DNA from: Nitrospirales bacterium | GTDB lineage: Bacteria > Nitrospirota > Nitrospiria > Nitrospirales > UBA8639 | Length of the DNA: 64,000 nt | Assembly (NCBI GenBank): GCA_965203295.1 | Contig: CBDBCZ010000017.1 | Location: 544,001 to 608,000 of the forward strand | Reading direction: 5' to 3' | In this document: positions 1 to 11,737 of the stretch, in pieces | Layout of the letters: every line of letters starts with the position of its first letter | Numbering within the stretch: position 1 is the stretch's first letter | Program-made: the position numbers and the translations under genes | Notes under the pieces: model-generated | Database searches by the model: none | Told to the model about the DNA's origin: nothing | What the model saw: only the letters and a program-made list of their open reading frames with translations

Positions 1-675
1 AATACCCCCCCCCCCCTTAACGTCACGCATACATAATCATGCCTTCTGTTTTCCTTTGCAGTACTGGCAGCAAATACTTCAACGAACTTCTGATAGGTGT
101 CTATCACGTTTTTGTATACAAAATACTTCTTGGAAGGCAGAGCTTCACGGAACAATGTAGTCTGCCGCAGCATGCCTACGCCGTCACAGAACGTGCTCAC
201 GCGACTGCAATTTTTTACGCCACGGCTTAAACCCCCCCCCCCCCCCCCCCCCCCATCGTCACTATGACGCTAAGCGCAGAATTGCCACCTAAGTGTTGTA
301 GATTCAGCGCATAGGGGTTCCCGCAAACATGCAATTACTGCCAATAATCACGTTTTAATTGCTCCGCTAACATTCTGGCGGAGCGGGGTGAAGTAGTAAG
401 CCCATTTACCAGACCCTCCTTCCTTTCCTACTTTATCGACGGGGCATGTGTTTGTGGAGGGTCTGGGAACGAGACTAAATAAGAACTGCTAGACCTTCGC
501 GTGGAGGCGGGTCTAGCTCGATAGACTATCAGTTGGCAGTGTCAGAGATACGTCGACACTCGGGCTCACTCAGGCTGACAGGTCTGTAATCTGCGCTAGA
601 TGCTTACTTCATTTGGTATGATTGGTGCTTTATTTAGGCGACAGTTATATTGTGTATACATACAGAAGCTGCGTA

Positions 676-1694
676 CAGAGGTTGGCAAGTTGGTTTTTCA
701 CAGGAGAGGGCAATAGGCAGTGGCTCTCGAGAATTTATTAATTAGGTTAGGCTGTCAGAATCAAAGGCCAACAGTTTACACATAAAAAAGAGTGCTGTTA
801 TGGTATTTTCTAAAGAGGTTAATACAGGTGCTTGTGGGGAGATAAAGACATTCCAGAGGTTGTATTAAGTTACTGTTACTTGGGGATTGAATTAGTCTAT
901 CCAGCTACATGTAGACCCTCCTCTGCACTTAGCTTGAAGAGGGTCTAGCAGAGCTCATTAGTATTCATACTTCACAGCTATTGTAGCAACTTCACACATA
1001 CTAAGTATTGTGCAGCCAGCTATATATAGCTTACTGAAGCCTTAACGTTCAGGTGTTGCTACTTGCTAGTAGCTGAAATCAGCTACTAAATCTGATTGGT
1101 CAGCTAGTCATGAATACTAATAAGCTCTGCTAGACCATCCTCAAGCTAAGCGCAGAGGAAGGTCTAGCTCGATAGACTAGGATTGAATTTGCTAAGAATG
1201 GTTCATGGTATAGTCATGTACAGAAGGTAATTGCCGAGCGTCTTAGCGCGAGGCAACTAATCCTGTCGTATCTCAGCAAGCGTGTGTCACGCTTAGGAAT
1301 GCAATTATACTGCGTACTGCGCATGGCGTGGCCGGCCCTTTGTGGCTCAGTTCTCACGTGCTACTTCCACGCGCGTTGGCTGAAGTCAAGTCACGGACGA
1401 CTTGCTACACTACGCAAAAGAAAGCAACGAGCGGAATACAAAACCGAAGCTAAAAGACCAAAGAGTGCGGAATCACAAGACCAGAGGTGCGTACACTTAT
1501 TAGCTAACAACTGTTGCTCTTTTTCGCTGAAAAACAGAAGTCCACCGCGTGAATTTTCGCCTTTGGAGAAGGATGCGCCACCGTGCTTAGATCGTCGAAC
1601 TCATCGAATTCTCATGCATTTTCAGCTATTTCTCCTTTCTTTCTGTCGAAGTTATCAACTGGACTGCACTGGACCACAAACCTGCAAACCTCTG
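676..1694. mobile_element. Host MITE (cagaggtt(g/t)gcaagttggtt...aacctgcaaacctctg) carrying nested insertions
   Basis: The left end (676-780) matches the short intact copy at 19488-19644, and the right TIR caaacctgcaaacctctg lies at 1677-1694. The 893-1179 element sits inside it. Confidence 0.55.
893..1179. mobile_element. Non-autonomous DNA element (MITE) with TAG...CTA termini, long TIRs and a 9-bp TSD (AcademH-like)
   Basis: Starts tagtctatc and ends gatagacta, with ~75-bp imperfect inverted arms (agggtctagcagagctcattagtattcat / atgaatactaataagctctgctagacc). A perfect direct repeat ggattgaat flanks it at 884-892 and 1180-1188. Confidence 0.85.
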
Positions 1695-1712
1695 TACATA
1701 GCCTATGGTGCA

Positions 1713-1739
1713 ATAGATAGATAGATAGATAGATAGATA
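1713..1739. repeat. (GATA)n microsatellite
   Basis: atagatagatagatagatagatagata. Confidence 0.9.
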
Positions 1740-3523
1740 ATTATTAATGTCTCGCCACTTGGGCAGCAGGCCAAAACTGGCCTATGAGACAGTGTGCACA
1801 TACACGATAGGTGGTCACAGTCATACACACATCTACAAAAAGAAAGCATATTAATAAGGACATCAGAGAAGAGAAGAGACAGAATAGTGGGATTAGTGGG
1901 TGAATGGCGAGTACAGATACCACTATTTTTTTTTTTTCTTCACAGACACCAGACACAGATCAAAACCACACAGCAATGGTAATTTACAGCCGACAAAAAG
2001 CATGATGGGAATAATACAAAATTTAATAAAAGTACAAATAAAATGGATGTATGACTTGAATTGGTTATAGTTTTTGTTTCAAAAAGTACAAAACAGCGTA
2101 GCGTACAGCATATCGATGGGACTGACATAAAACAATAGGAGCAGAGACATGAGTGTATAACCTTAGCCAGTGGATAGATGCAAGTGTGGGTCAGTTTTCC
2201 CTTACAAATCGGGATATAAAGGAGCAAAAGGTAGTCCGTGGGAAGGGAGGTATTGTGCAGTGACTTAGATACTAAACAAATACTTCAGTGGAATCTAAAG
2301 AGATATTCATGGGTATTTGCGTTTGAGTGCTTGAAGCGACTGAACTTACTCATGTACGTAGTTATCTATGCATGAGTGTTTGTACGGAACCTAATGTCGA
2401 GCTTTGTGGCTGATTATTACAACGTTGCCATTAGCAGTACAGCATGCATGCATGTGCACGTAGTACTGCATGGGTGAAACATATAGGCACTCTGTATGCA
2501 TTATCACACATCTCTTCTCAGTAAGAAGAAATACAGGTGTGATATTGCAGACTTTACATGTACATTCTGAAATAGTTACAGGTGGTCATGCCTGAAAGCT
2601 ATATAGTGTAATTGTTTTGACCTCTTAGCGGGTACCTGAATGACGGCTGAGCAGGAGTGTATGAATAGCTAAGTAGGAGTTAGAATTTCATCATGTAGAA
2701 TTGAATTTCATCAGGCAAGTGAGCATATTTAATTTAATTGGTAAGGCAAAAAGAATAATAGGTGTAACCTCCGAGAATGAAAGAATATAGAATAATGGGC
2801 ATGCAGATAAAAAAGAAGAATTTATCAAGGTTTAATGCAGTAACAAGTGAAGGAGGAGTTCTGCTTCTAATCTGCATGGTATATGAGCATGCAATAACAC
2901 ATGTTGCATGCTCCAGCCGTGCATGTAAGGGGCGGAACTGTATGATACCCGTGAATTTTATATCATCATGGCATCACAGCCAAACAAAAAAGGCTGCTTA
3001 TCTCAGTTAGACTATCTCAGTCAGCTTCAATACTAAGCTATGCTTGTAGCCAATTTCTAGAGTAAACGATTAAGTGAAGGCATGCAAATATGCGCAGCTA
3101 TATATGAAGGGCTCAGAACCAAAGTGGGCCAATGCAAAATCATACTGGTGAATTGCACAAAAATACAATTTCAGCAGAAGTGCATCACTAATGTGTTTTC
3201 AAATTCTTGGTCAATAATGCAAAATGCTTAACTAAGAACTGTGTAATTAGCAATTGCCCTAATTTGCTCATCGCTAATGACTCTTGGCTGTGTTCACTCA
3301 TTTGAAACTCACACAACCCACTGGTCAAGATGGCAATTCCTTTCTTACTGTGGGAGTGTGGGCATGCATGAGACACAGTTTGGAGGGGCTAATTTAATGT
3401 TTGTGGGTTAGCCCACTATGCTTCTCAACCCTTCATATATACATACATGTATACCATTACAAGAATCTAGAAGTACAGCTGCACTATATTCTCTTAATTG
3501 TAGCTAGCTAACAACACTCAATC

Positions 3524-6500
3524 ATGCAGGTGCTGATGAAACTACAAGGCTTATTAATAACAGCTGTCTTATCAGCTTTGCTGATATTAATTTTTCTTGG
3601 CTTCACTTGGCTACCATCACTTCGTTCAAGAAGACCAATTCCAACGCAGGACGAATTTCATCTATCATACAAAGCAGGTATACAATTTATCGTTACAGTA
3701 TTGTGATGGAAATATTATGGCAAAGCTAGCTCGTATTATAGAGCTCTACAGACAGTGGCCTCAACAATATGGGGAGTCAATGTAAATTCATGATTGTCTT
3801 TGCTTGTATTGATTTTGTATGGTAAGGTATTATTATGCATGATTCTGGGAAGTCTAATAACAGAAACTGGTATTTGTGAGCTCGTCATAGCCCAGCTTTT
3901 TTTTCGCAAAAAAGCTGGGTAGAGAGCCTGGGAACAAGGCTAAGCTCTTCATATATGTTACTTTTGTTTCTGAGCATTATAGTATAGGTGTTTGTTTGTT
4001 TGTTGTTTTTTTTTTTTAACCATGCATGGCCGGGAAGTGTATACGATATCACCTCGGTGCAGTGATATACCGTAACATCACTGAATTATACATGCACTTG
4101 ATTGGACATGGTTCATATAATGCATAATTTTGATCCACCTGCTATTTCCTTAGCAACATGGTAAATGTAGTTTTATTGTTTTGTACACAAACACACATGA
4201 ATAAACACATCCTTCCTTAATTAGCTCTCCCATCAGAAAACACACTAAATTCATCCAATGGAAGCACACTGACCGTGAGTCAGACACTGGCCAACAACTC
4301 TACCTCTGCTCACAGCTTCAGAAATAAATTCAATATTCCTTTCATGGGAAACTACAACTGTAGTGATGACATTTGTTCTCAGTTTCTGACAGAATCTGCT
4401 AAAAAATACAGATGTGGAAATTACAATTTCAAGCTCCTTGTCGAAAAGCATCAAAGGATCAAAGGAAGCTGCCATTTCATGAATGGGTCTTATCGAGCGC
4501 CAGTTGGATTGATCAGCTTACCTGGCAGTGGCAACACATGGGTGAGAGGCCTACTGGAGCAAGCAACTGGCATATGTACAGGTGAGGCAGGGATATGGGA
4601 AGAGTAATTATTACAAACGGCCTGACATTCACATGAAAACTGTGAAGTGCATGCCTTACACACTCGGTGTTAACTTTAGAGGTTCCCCGCCCCCTCCAAC
4701 TCCCCTCTCCAAAATCATATACACATGTTCTTATTATTATAATTATTTAATAATACACTTGTGTGCTAAAAAGGTCCGAGTGTTGCTGAGCTGTGTGCAT
4801 GAACACAACTATTACATGCTTCCTGATTTATGGCTTCCAGGAAGCTGGGCCGCAATGTACAATAGACATGTTTGTTATTGCTACATGTTTACACACATGA
4901 TTGCTACCTCTGAATCAGCAACAAACCGGTGTGGGGTTACTACCTTGAGGCATAATCGTTTGTGTAGCCACGTGGCACGGGTCACTGGGTTAACAACTGA
5001 ACGTTGTCGATAGCGTAGTTAAGTGGAAGGCATGGAAAACTTGTCTACTGTCTAAACATGCCGTTTGTGTGGCACTGTAACTCATTTTGTGTGCTGCACA
5101 CTGATATTTGTAAGATCTTATACCTTATGCCACCATTAGTCTTGTGCCCAGACACCCACGCCTTAATTTCCGGCAAAGAGTGTCTGGTAACTTGATTTAA
5201 AATTCTTGTCACAGAGGCGTGTCTTACGAACGTGAGAGCGTTATTAATTGAAAGGTGTTTGCATGTCAAAAATGCAATGATCAACGTTCGTTGTTGTACT
5301 TTCTGTGAGAAGGCTAGGCCCTATACCTTCGTACAGTTAGCAACGTTCCTGAAGCTTTAGCTGGCAATAAGAGCGTGCTTAGCTACTCTGTGGTACATGT
5401 TCAGTTTTTACTGGACAACCCGGATTTTGAACTTGCCACTCTGGTTGCAGATGGTGCGGTACAGACTGCTGTAAATCCAAGTTGGATGACCGGAAAGTTG
5501 CGAGCAGTCGTTGTCTTCGACAATAGCCATAGCCAGTGCAGTGACAGCTTTGTTATTTGATTATACGCTGGATCGGGGATGTCATACACGTTTAATTACG
5601 TTTTCCACGATGTGATTCGTGCTTTGATAATCCAGATCACTGAGGTGTTAGAAACAAGAAATTCAAATCAAGCTACCAGACCGTCAAAGCGAGGGGGAGG
5701 AGCGACGGTCTTGGCACGAGACTATGCCACCATATGGTGCATGGCAATTGCAGTAAATGGGTTAATTAATTAACTTAACCCCTTCATCAGGTTCCTCCAA
5801 AAATGACCCCTGGCTCCGGGACCTGTATGGAGTGCTAGGTCTCTACTTCATATTCATGTGACAAAATTGATATGCTGTCTCATATTAGGCGCTGTATATT
5901 GTGATGGGGTACTGAAGATGGGTGGATTCACTGGAGAGGGGTTTCATAGTGGAGTAGTGCTTGCTGTGAAGGACCATAACCCACGTTTTGTGTGGAAGAA
6001 CGAACTACACCAAGGAGGGGTAAGTACATCAGAGTACATGCTGTGACTGTAGCAATGGTATAAGTTAGAATACCAAAATTACACTCACATACCTATATAC
6101 GTATAACTTCAGGAAGAGCAGCTTGCACAAAAGAACATCATGTTTTCACTGCATGTGCGAAGTGTTTTAGCAAAATGGCATGCATGATCAGAGTCTGAGG
6201 CCAACAATTTATTTAATTTAGTTCTCTGCCCACTGTCAGACCGGCCCGCCATGGGGTGCTGTCATTCTCATAATTAGAAATCCTCTGGATGCAATGGTAG
6301 CTGATTGGAAGAGAATAAAGGGTCACGGTCATGTTGCCGCTGTTGGCGCTGATCAGTTTGGTAAGCCATCTTGTATATGTACACTTTGTTATTTCATGCA
6401 ATATTATGGCTTAAACATAATTATATTGTGCTAGAGCACACAAGCTAGCAGTGTCATATCAATCCTTCTGTTCACATGGCATTGCATGATGCTGATGCTT

Positions 6501-7222
6501 GTGATGGAATAGCAAAATAATGACCCAAGGCCACCCTCAACGTTCTCATCATTTATTTATAGTTGATATAAACATTCACTAGCCAGATTGCAATTGAGGA
6601 AACCAAGACTGAGGTAAAAATATCCGTTTAGTACATGTTTTCTGATAATATTAATTCATAGTCATTACAAAAGTATTTCGGAATGCCATTATTTGTCAAA
6701 CTTGTAGAAAGCCTGCATTCCGTATTGCCTGTATTGCATAATTACATTCATGCATGCAAACAGTTTCTAGATAATACAGTTAGCTACAATACATTACCCC
6801 TTAATGATAACTTGCTATATAATATCATAACAACTAATATGTTGTCCACTGCAGGAACTAATGAGGCCTGGGGAAAGTATTCAAATAACAGTATTAAGCT
6901 ATGGAAGCGATATTTTGTATCTCTGGTACAAAGTGGGATTCAAGTGAACCGACCCTTTCTAATCACAAGATATGAAGACATCAAATCCAACCCACTTTCC
7001 GAAGTAAAGAAGATGATGAACTTTCTTAATGTTCCCGTTTCTGATCAGCTTCTGAAAACTAGAATGTCAACAGGTTATGAGAAGTTTCACCGGTCACACC
7101 CACAAGAATTCAAGTATTACACTCCTGAGCAAAAACTGCAGATGGTAGCAATTGTGAAGGAAGTTATAGATATGCTACAGAAAGAGTACAACAACACTTT
7201 TGGAATCACAGATTACATATAA
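3524..7222 (+). CDS. WSCD-family (WSCD1/2-like) type II membrane sulfotransferase, copy A, no WSC domain
   Basis: Exons 3524-3677, 4225-4581, 5889-6019, 6240-6360, 6855-7222, all GT-AG with consistent phase. N-terminal TM anchor, 5'-PSB loop SLPGSGNTWVRGLLEQATG, VKDH, 3'-PB IIRNPLDA and RYED match the WSCD sulfotransferase pattern (SFPGAGNTW...VKTH...LIRNP). Confidence 0.85.
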
Positions 7223-8029
7223 TATTTTACTCAGCCAGCTTATCACAGCAGTGTCACTCTTCACTGTAAATAGTTCAAATTGATATAATAGTCTGTAGCT
7301 ACACCCTGTCAATGAATTGTTCATCAATAAACTGTTCTAACACAATAGATAACTTGTAACTGGCCATATTATTTCAGTAACATAATTCAATCTGAATACA
7401 TTAGGCGTTAATATATAATCAGATAAAGTACATGAGTTTTATATATGGTGTGGGGTCCTGCCACTATGTCTCACTGTCTAGTAGTAGCAGACCCACTAAT
7501 CCATTCTGAGTTTTGAGCCTCTGCTCAAACGACCGCTAATACTCCCAACGGGTTCAACTACTGCAATTCTGATCTGCATAAACTCAACTCTGAACAAACA
7601 CACAGTACAAATATATTGGGGAATGAACAAAGACCTACTGACAAAGATGACATACTGAGCAACAAAAAACAACAAAAGGACAATACAACGCAGGGGGGCC
7701 CTAGACTGAACAAAGGTATAGTGTTAACAGTAACCTAATTGTCACTATACTACATATGGGCACATGCATAAATATGCCCTTGGCTGGGAAAGAGTTAATT
7801 AAGCAAATACCTGTGCATGTGTGATACAGGTTGGGTTAATTTTCACAAATTGGAGAGACAGATCAACAACTTCATTGTATGCCGCAAGCAACCAAATTTA
7901 TTATGTTATACATGTAGCCTTTATATACACTTTAAAAAAATAATGAAAAGGTCACGCAGATTAATATTCGAAGGTACATACTAGAAAGCAGGCTAACTAT
8001 TTTTTATTGACCTGCTGAAGTGCCTAGAA

Positions 8030-8610
8030 GCCAGCCACACAGACAGATGCTGATACTATTAGGCGGTTGACCAACTTTTTTGGTTCATAGGCTCTGCCCA
8101 TTTTCCTAGCTAGCTGCATAGGTTAGCCAGCTGTGTGAACAATTGTGGACATTCATACATGTAGGGAGTGCTTCAGTGGGTGGTTCTCAGTATTCAAGGA
8201 GTGAATGGAAAAATGCTATTATAGAATTACTGTGACTATTTTGAAGTTCGTAAGGCTCATCTTTTTTTTGGGGGGGGGGGGGGGGGGGGGGGGACAAAAG
8301 TGGGTGGCCAGATAATTCTTTTGAAAGGCAGAATAGCAAAAATGGGCCGGGATGGCTGGATACGTTCTGGCTGTTTGAAGCAGTCATAATTATAAAAAGG
8401 TTTTTGCCTGTCCACTGTAAGTATCAATGATGTCGGGTGGGTCTCTAGCAAATCTGATAATTTTTCATTTTAGTGAACAACCCGAAATTGCATTCTAATT
8501 TGTAGATATTTAGCAGAGGCGTGGTTATAGATACATAATTTTTGTCAATTTGGTGTAGACGTTCATGTGGACAACATAGCCATTCGCTTGATTTAGGAAT
8601 TGGAAGATCA
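8030..8610. mobile_element. Degenerate older copy of the right half of the Kolobok-like element at 8853-9776
   Basis: Shares motifs ctagaagccagccacacagacag, gggtggttctcag, tttagcagaggcgtggttatag and tttttgtcaatt with 9200-9750. Confidence 0.6.
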
Positions 8611-8636
8611 GCGAAGTATCCCTGTATACATCAGTA

Positions 8637-8814
8637 CAGTGGAACCCCTCTATTGTGGACACCTTGGGGACCTGGTGAAGTGTCCTGTATATAGAGAGGT
8701 GTCCTCATTTCAGGGGTAATTTTACACTAAGAAAGCATATTTGGGACACACCAAAGTGTCCCTAATACAGAGGCGTCCTTATTTCAGGGGTGTCCTTTAA
8801 GAGGGGTTCCACTG
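8637..8814. mobile_element. Tc1/mariner-pogo-type MITE, TA TSD
   Basis: TA|cagtggaacccctct...agaggggttccactg|TA with internal gtgtcc repeats; related copy at 49709-49880. Confidence 0.85.
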
Positions 8815-8852
8815 TATTCAAATTATTATAATTAGCTACGTATAATTATTAA

Positions 8853-9776
8853 GGTAGGAAGAGCCTCACCTTCGAATCCGCGTGATTCTCCTCATGAATA
8901 ATTAATGAGATGACGTCACTCACGTGGCGCTAATTAGATTCATTGATATGTTTGCATTTTCCCATGGCGGCAACCGGAATCAACAGGAGGGGTGTGTCAC
9001 TTTGATGTGGATAGCGGCTCTTTCATATGCGATATCGGCACTTTGATGTGGTTGAGCGGTACTCTGATGTTGGCTTTCAACACTTTTTCTTTTTTTTTTT
9101 TTTTTTTAAAAAGAAGATATGACATTATAGAATTGTGAGTAGGCTTTTTATGTCAATAGCTGGCTAGTGTGTTGTAGAAAGTTTGTCAGGCTGCCCGAGT
9201 GGCTAGAAGTCAGCCAGACAGACGGATAGTGGCAGGTTGTTGCCCATCTCAGGTAGGCTAGAATAGTCACCTTTCGGGTCGGTAGGCCCCGCCCATTTTT
9301 TTTAAATTAGCTCGAATAGCTAGTTGTGTGAAAATCTGTGGAGATTTATAGGGAGAGCTTTGGTGGGTGGTTCTCAGAAACCGAGGGGTGAATGAAAAAT
9401 CGCATCCCTAATTTTTGTGGGAGTAGGTTGAAGTTTGTAATGCAGGGCTCGAATTCGTCGGGTGAGCGTGGGCGGTTGCCGAATTTTTTTTGAAAGTCAG
9501 GATAGCGAAAATGAGGGTTTTGGGGTGGTTGGATGCGTTCAGGGCTGTAAAACTGGCTTTGAAGCATTCCTGTGAAAAAGCATCCCTACGTTTGTAGCCT
9601 GTCCTCTGTAGGTACTGGTGTTGTTGCCAGACTGTGGGTGGGGCTCTAGCATTTTGTGGATTATTTAGCAGGAGGTGTGGTTAGATGCAAAATTTTTGTC
9701 AATTCGAGGTAGACTTTCATGCTATCAACAAAGCCGTCCATTTGAATTGTGGATTCCAGGTGAGGCTCTTCCTACC
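8853..9776. mobile_element. Non-autonomous DNA transposon, TTAA-flanked, GG...CC termini (Kolobok-like)
   Basis: ttaa|ggtaggaagagcctcacct...aggtgaggctcttcctacc|ttaa: a perfect 19-bp TIR extending imperfectly to ~28 bp. No ORF. TTAA TSD with purine-purine termini fits Kolobok rather than piggyBac. Confidence 0.75.
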
Positions 9777-10574
9777 TTAAAGAGACTCTAACATTAATAA
9801 CTGAACCATGAAGAAGCCAGTATTCGCTAGAAAATCCAGTTTTACAACTGTATTCCAAAAAAAAAAATCGTACATATCCTGGAGCCAATGTCTGAGCAGC
9901 TGCATGGAAGCTACCGGTATTACTACTTGGTGAGTGGAAATATTTTCAATAATTTCCAGTTTACATACGCTGGTTTTTAGTTGCTGAGCACGTACAGAAC
10001 AGACAAGAGTGCCTGGTAACACCCTTCAGTCAGTGAAGTGGCATTATTTACTGAATCAGTTTCAAATTTGACCGCCAAAAAGCTATAGCTATGCACTGGC
10101 GCTTATGAGCGGCGAAGCTCCTGCTATGCAATGTTGGAGGTAAAGATCTAAACTTTATTTGTAGTATAGTCTGCAGACAACTATGCACAAGATTAACGGT
10201 CATCACAATACTGACTGTGCTAATACTCACTCTGCTTGGCCTCAAGCTCGTTTGGTTACCATCAATCCTGCTTCCCTCTAAGCGGAAGTGGGCTGGCCCG
10301 CGAGCTCGAGACTCGACTATACTAGCGTTAAAAGACTGTGACGTCATCGTAATGTGACGACATCTTGTGACTGGAATTATTAATGATTATGGCACCGCAA
10401 GAATTTAATACCAAGTAGGCTTCCGCAAAGTGGTTAGGGCCACGAGACTTGTGACGCCCCCATAATGATAGATATAGCCTGGAGATAGAAACTATCTTCT
10501 GCGCAGTTATATACATGGACGCTACCTATACTACTACTGTGTGAGTAAAAAATACTAAATACAATGCCAGTTGA

Positions 10575-10948
10575 TTATTACCCCGCGGCGCGTAGGCGGC
10601 GGCGGGGTTAAGCGATTGGTTCTGTCTGTCCGTCCGTTGTCTGTCCACTCAAAAATCGGGCTATCTCGCGATTTAGAGGGTTAAGCGATTGCTAAACACG
10701 ACAGTTGCATTGAAAGAATACGATGGGGGCCGGGCATATACGGACTCTGGTCACGTGTTCATATTGGCAATCTGTCACGCCCATCACTTCCCATAATTAG
10801 GATAATACAGAATGTGGATAATACAGAATGTGGATGCGCATACACGCGCGCTGTACACTCTGCGTTCGGATACACAGCCATCAGCCAAGTCTGCAGTCCC
10901 AATTGGGAATTCTGCAGCGCGGGTATGTCTCGCTAGAGACTTCTAGTT
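10575..10948 (+). mobile_element. Helentron-associated non-autonomous element (HINE/DINE-1-like)
   Basis: 5' hairpin taccccgcggcgcg...gcggggtta, a GTCY-type microsatellite (tctgtctgtccgtccgttgtctgtcc), a 3' sub-terminal inverted copy gcagcgcgggta, then a short hairpin gtctc-gcta-gagac followed by ttctagttt. Confidence 0.7.
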
Positions 10949-10974
10949 TACTAGTGGCGATTGCCTTTAATGGG

Positions 10975-11371
10975 CGTGGCTAGGCGCTTGTAAAGCAAAG
11001 TTGTCTCATTTCCTAAACTGCCAGTCACGGCAAGGACAAGCGGGGTGAAAGAGGAGTGTTCGAGTCCATGTACCCATTGTTCATAAGCCCGTTTCTTCTC
11101 TCGCTCGTGTTTCTTGTAACGGGCTGAGTGTCATGTTCTTGTACGAAGGGGCACGAGGATTGAACACCCTCCCGTTGATGTAGGTTTTTTCAACCCCCCC
11201 CCCCCTCCCACACACACACTCCATTGGAAGCCTCACTCTGCCCTGAGCATTGACTGTAGTTAGCTCTTGAGGTAACACTGGCTGCAGCTTAGGTTCAACA
11301 CAGACATCTTCCGTGAGTAGAGCGCCGGTAAGGTCACGGATTTCGTTGTGCCTGAGTGTATGGGTGCACAA
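10975..11371 (-). mobile_element. Decayed C-terminal fragment of an RLE-type non-LTR retrotransposon (CRE-like)
   Basis: Translations RHNEIRDLTGALLTEDVCVEPKLQP, RVFNPRAPSY and, in another frame, EHSSFTPLVLAVTGSLGNETTLLYKRLA. These match the post-zinc-knuckle and restriction-like endonuclease region; the fragment is frameshifted. Confidence 0.7.
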
Positions 11372-11737
11372 AGCAGCCAGTACAGATTTCTACCTCTTGC
11401 GAGTCGTTATGGACTTATTTCGTCAGGACCTCAGGCCTACTTGCACCATAGATAGTAGTATATATAGAGTAGAAGGATTACCATCTATGCTTGCAGAAAC
11501 CTACAAAGAAAGGATGGCCCCAGTTATATTTGATGCCACCAACACCTACTTAACCCTGGTAGTTGTAAAGCTTACTTCCACCTTGCAGCTTAGCACCAAC
11601 AGCAATAGCTACCATCGAATTATGTTTGTACACTATGACAATGTTTTCGCACTTATCAGCTGGTTTACTACTGGTATAAAGCTACAACAATGTAATTCTA
11701 CTTTCTGTTTCATTTTTTTTCTAGCCATACAAAGCTG

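Noticed and set aside
1284..1724. 146-aa ORF
   Set aside because: No recognisable motif, a non-ATG start, and it lies within nested repeat sequence.
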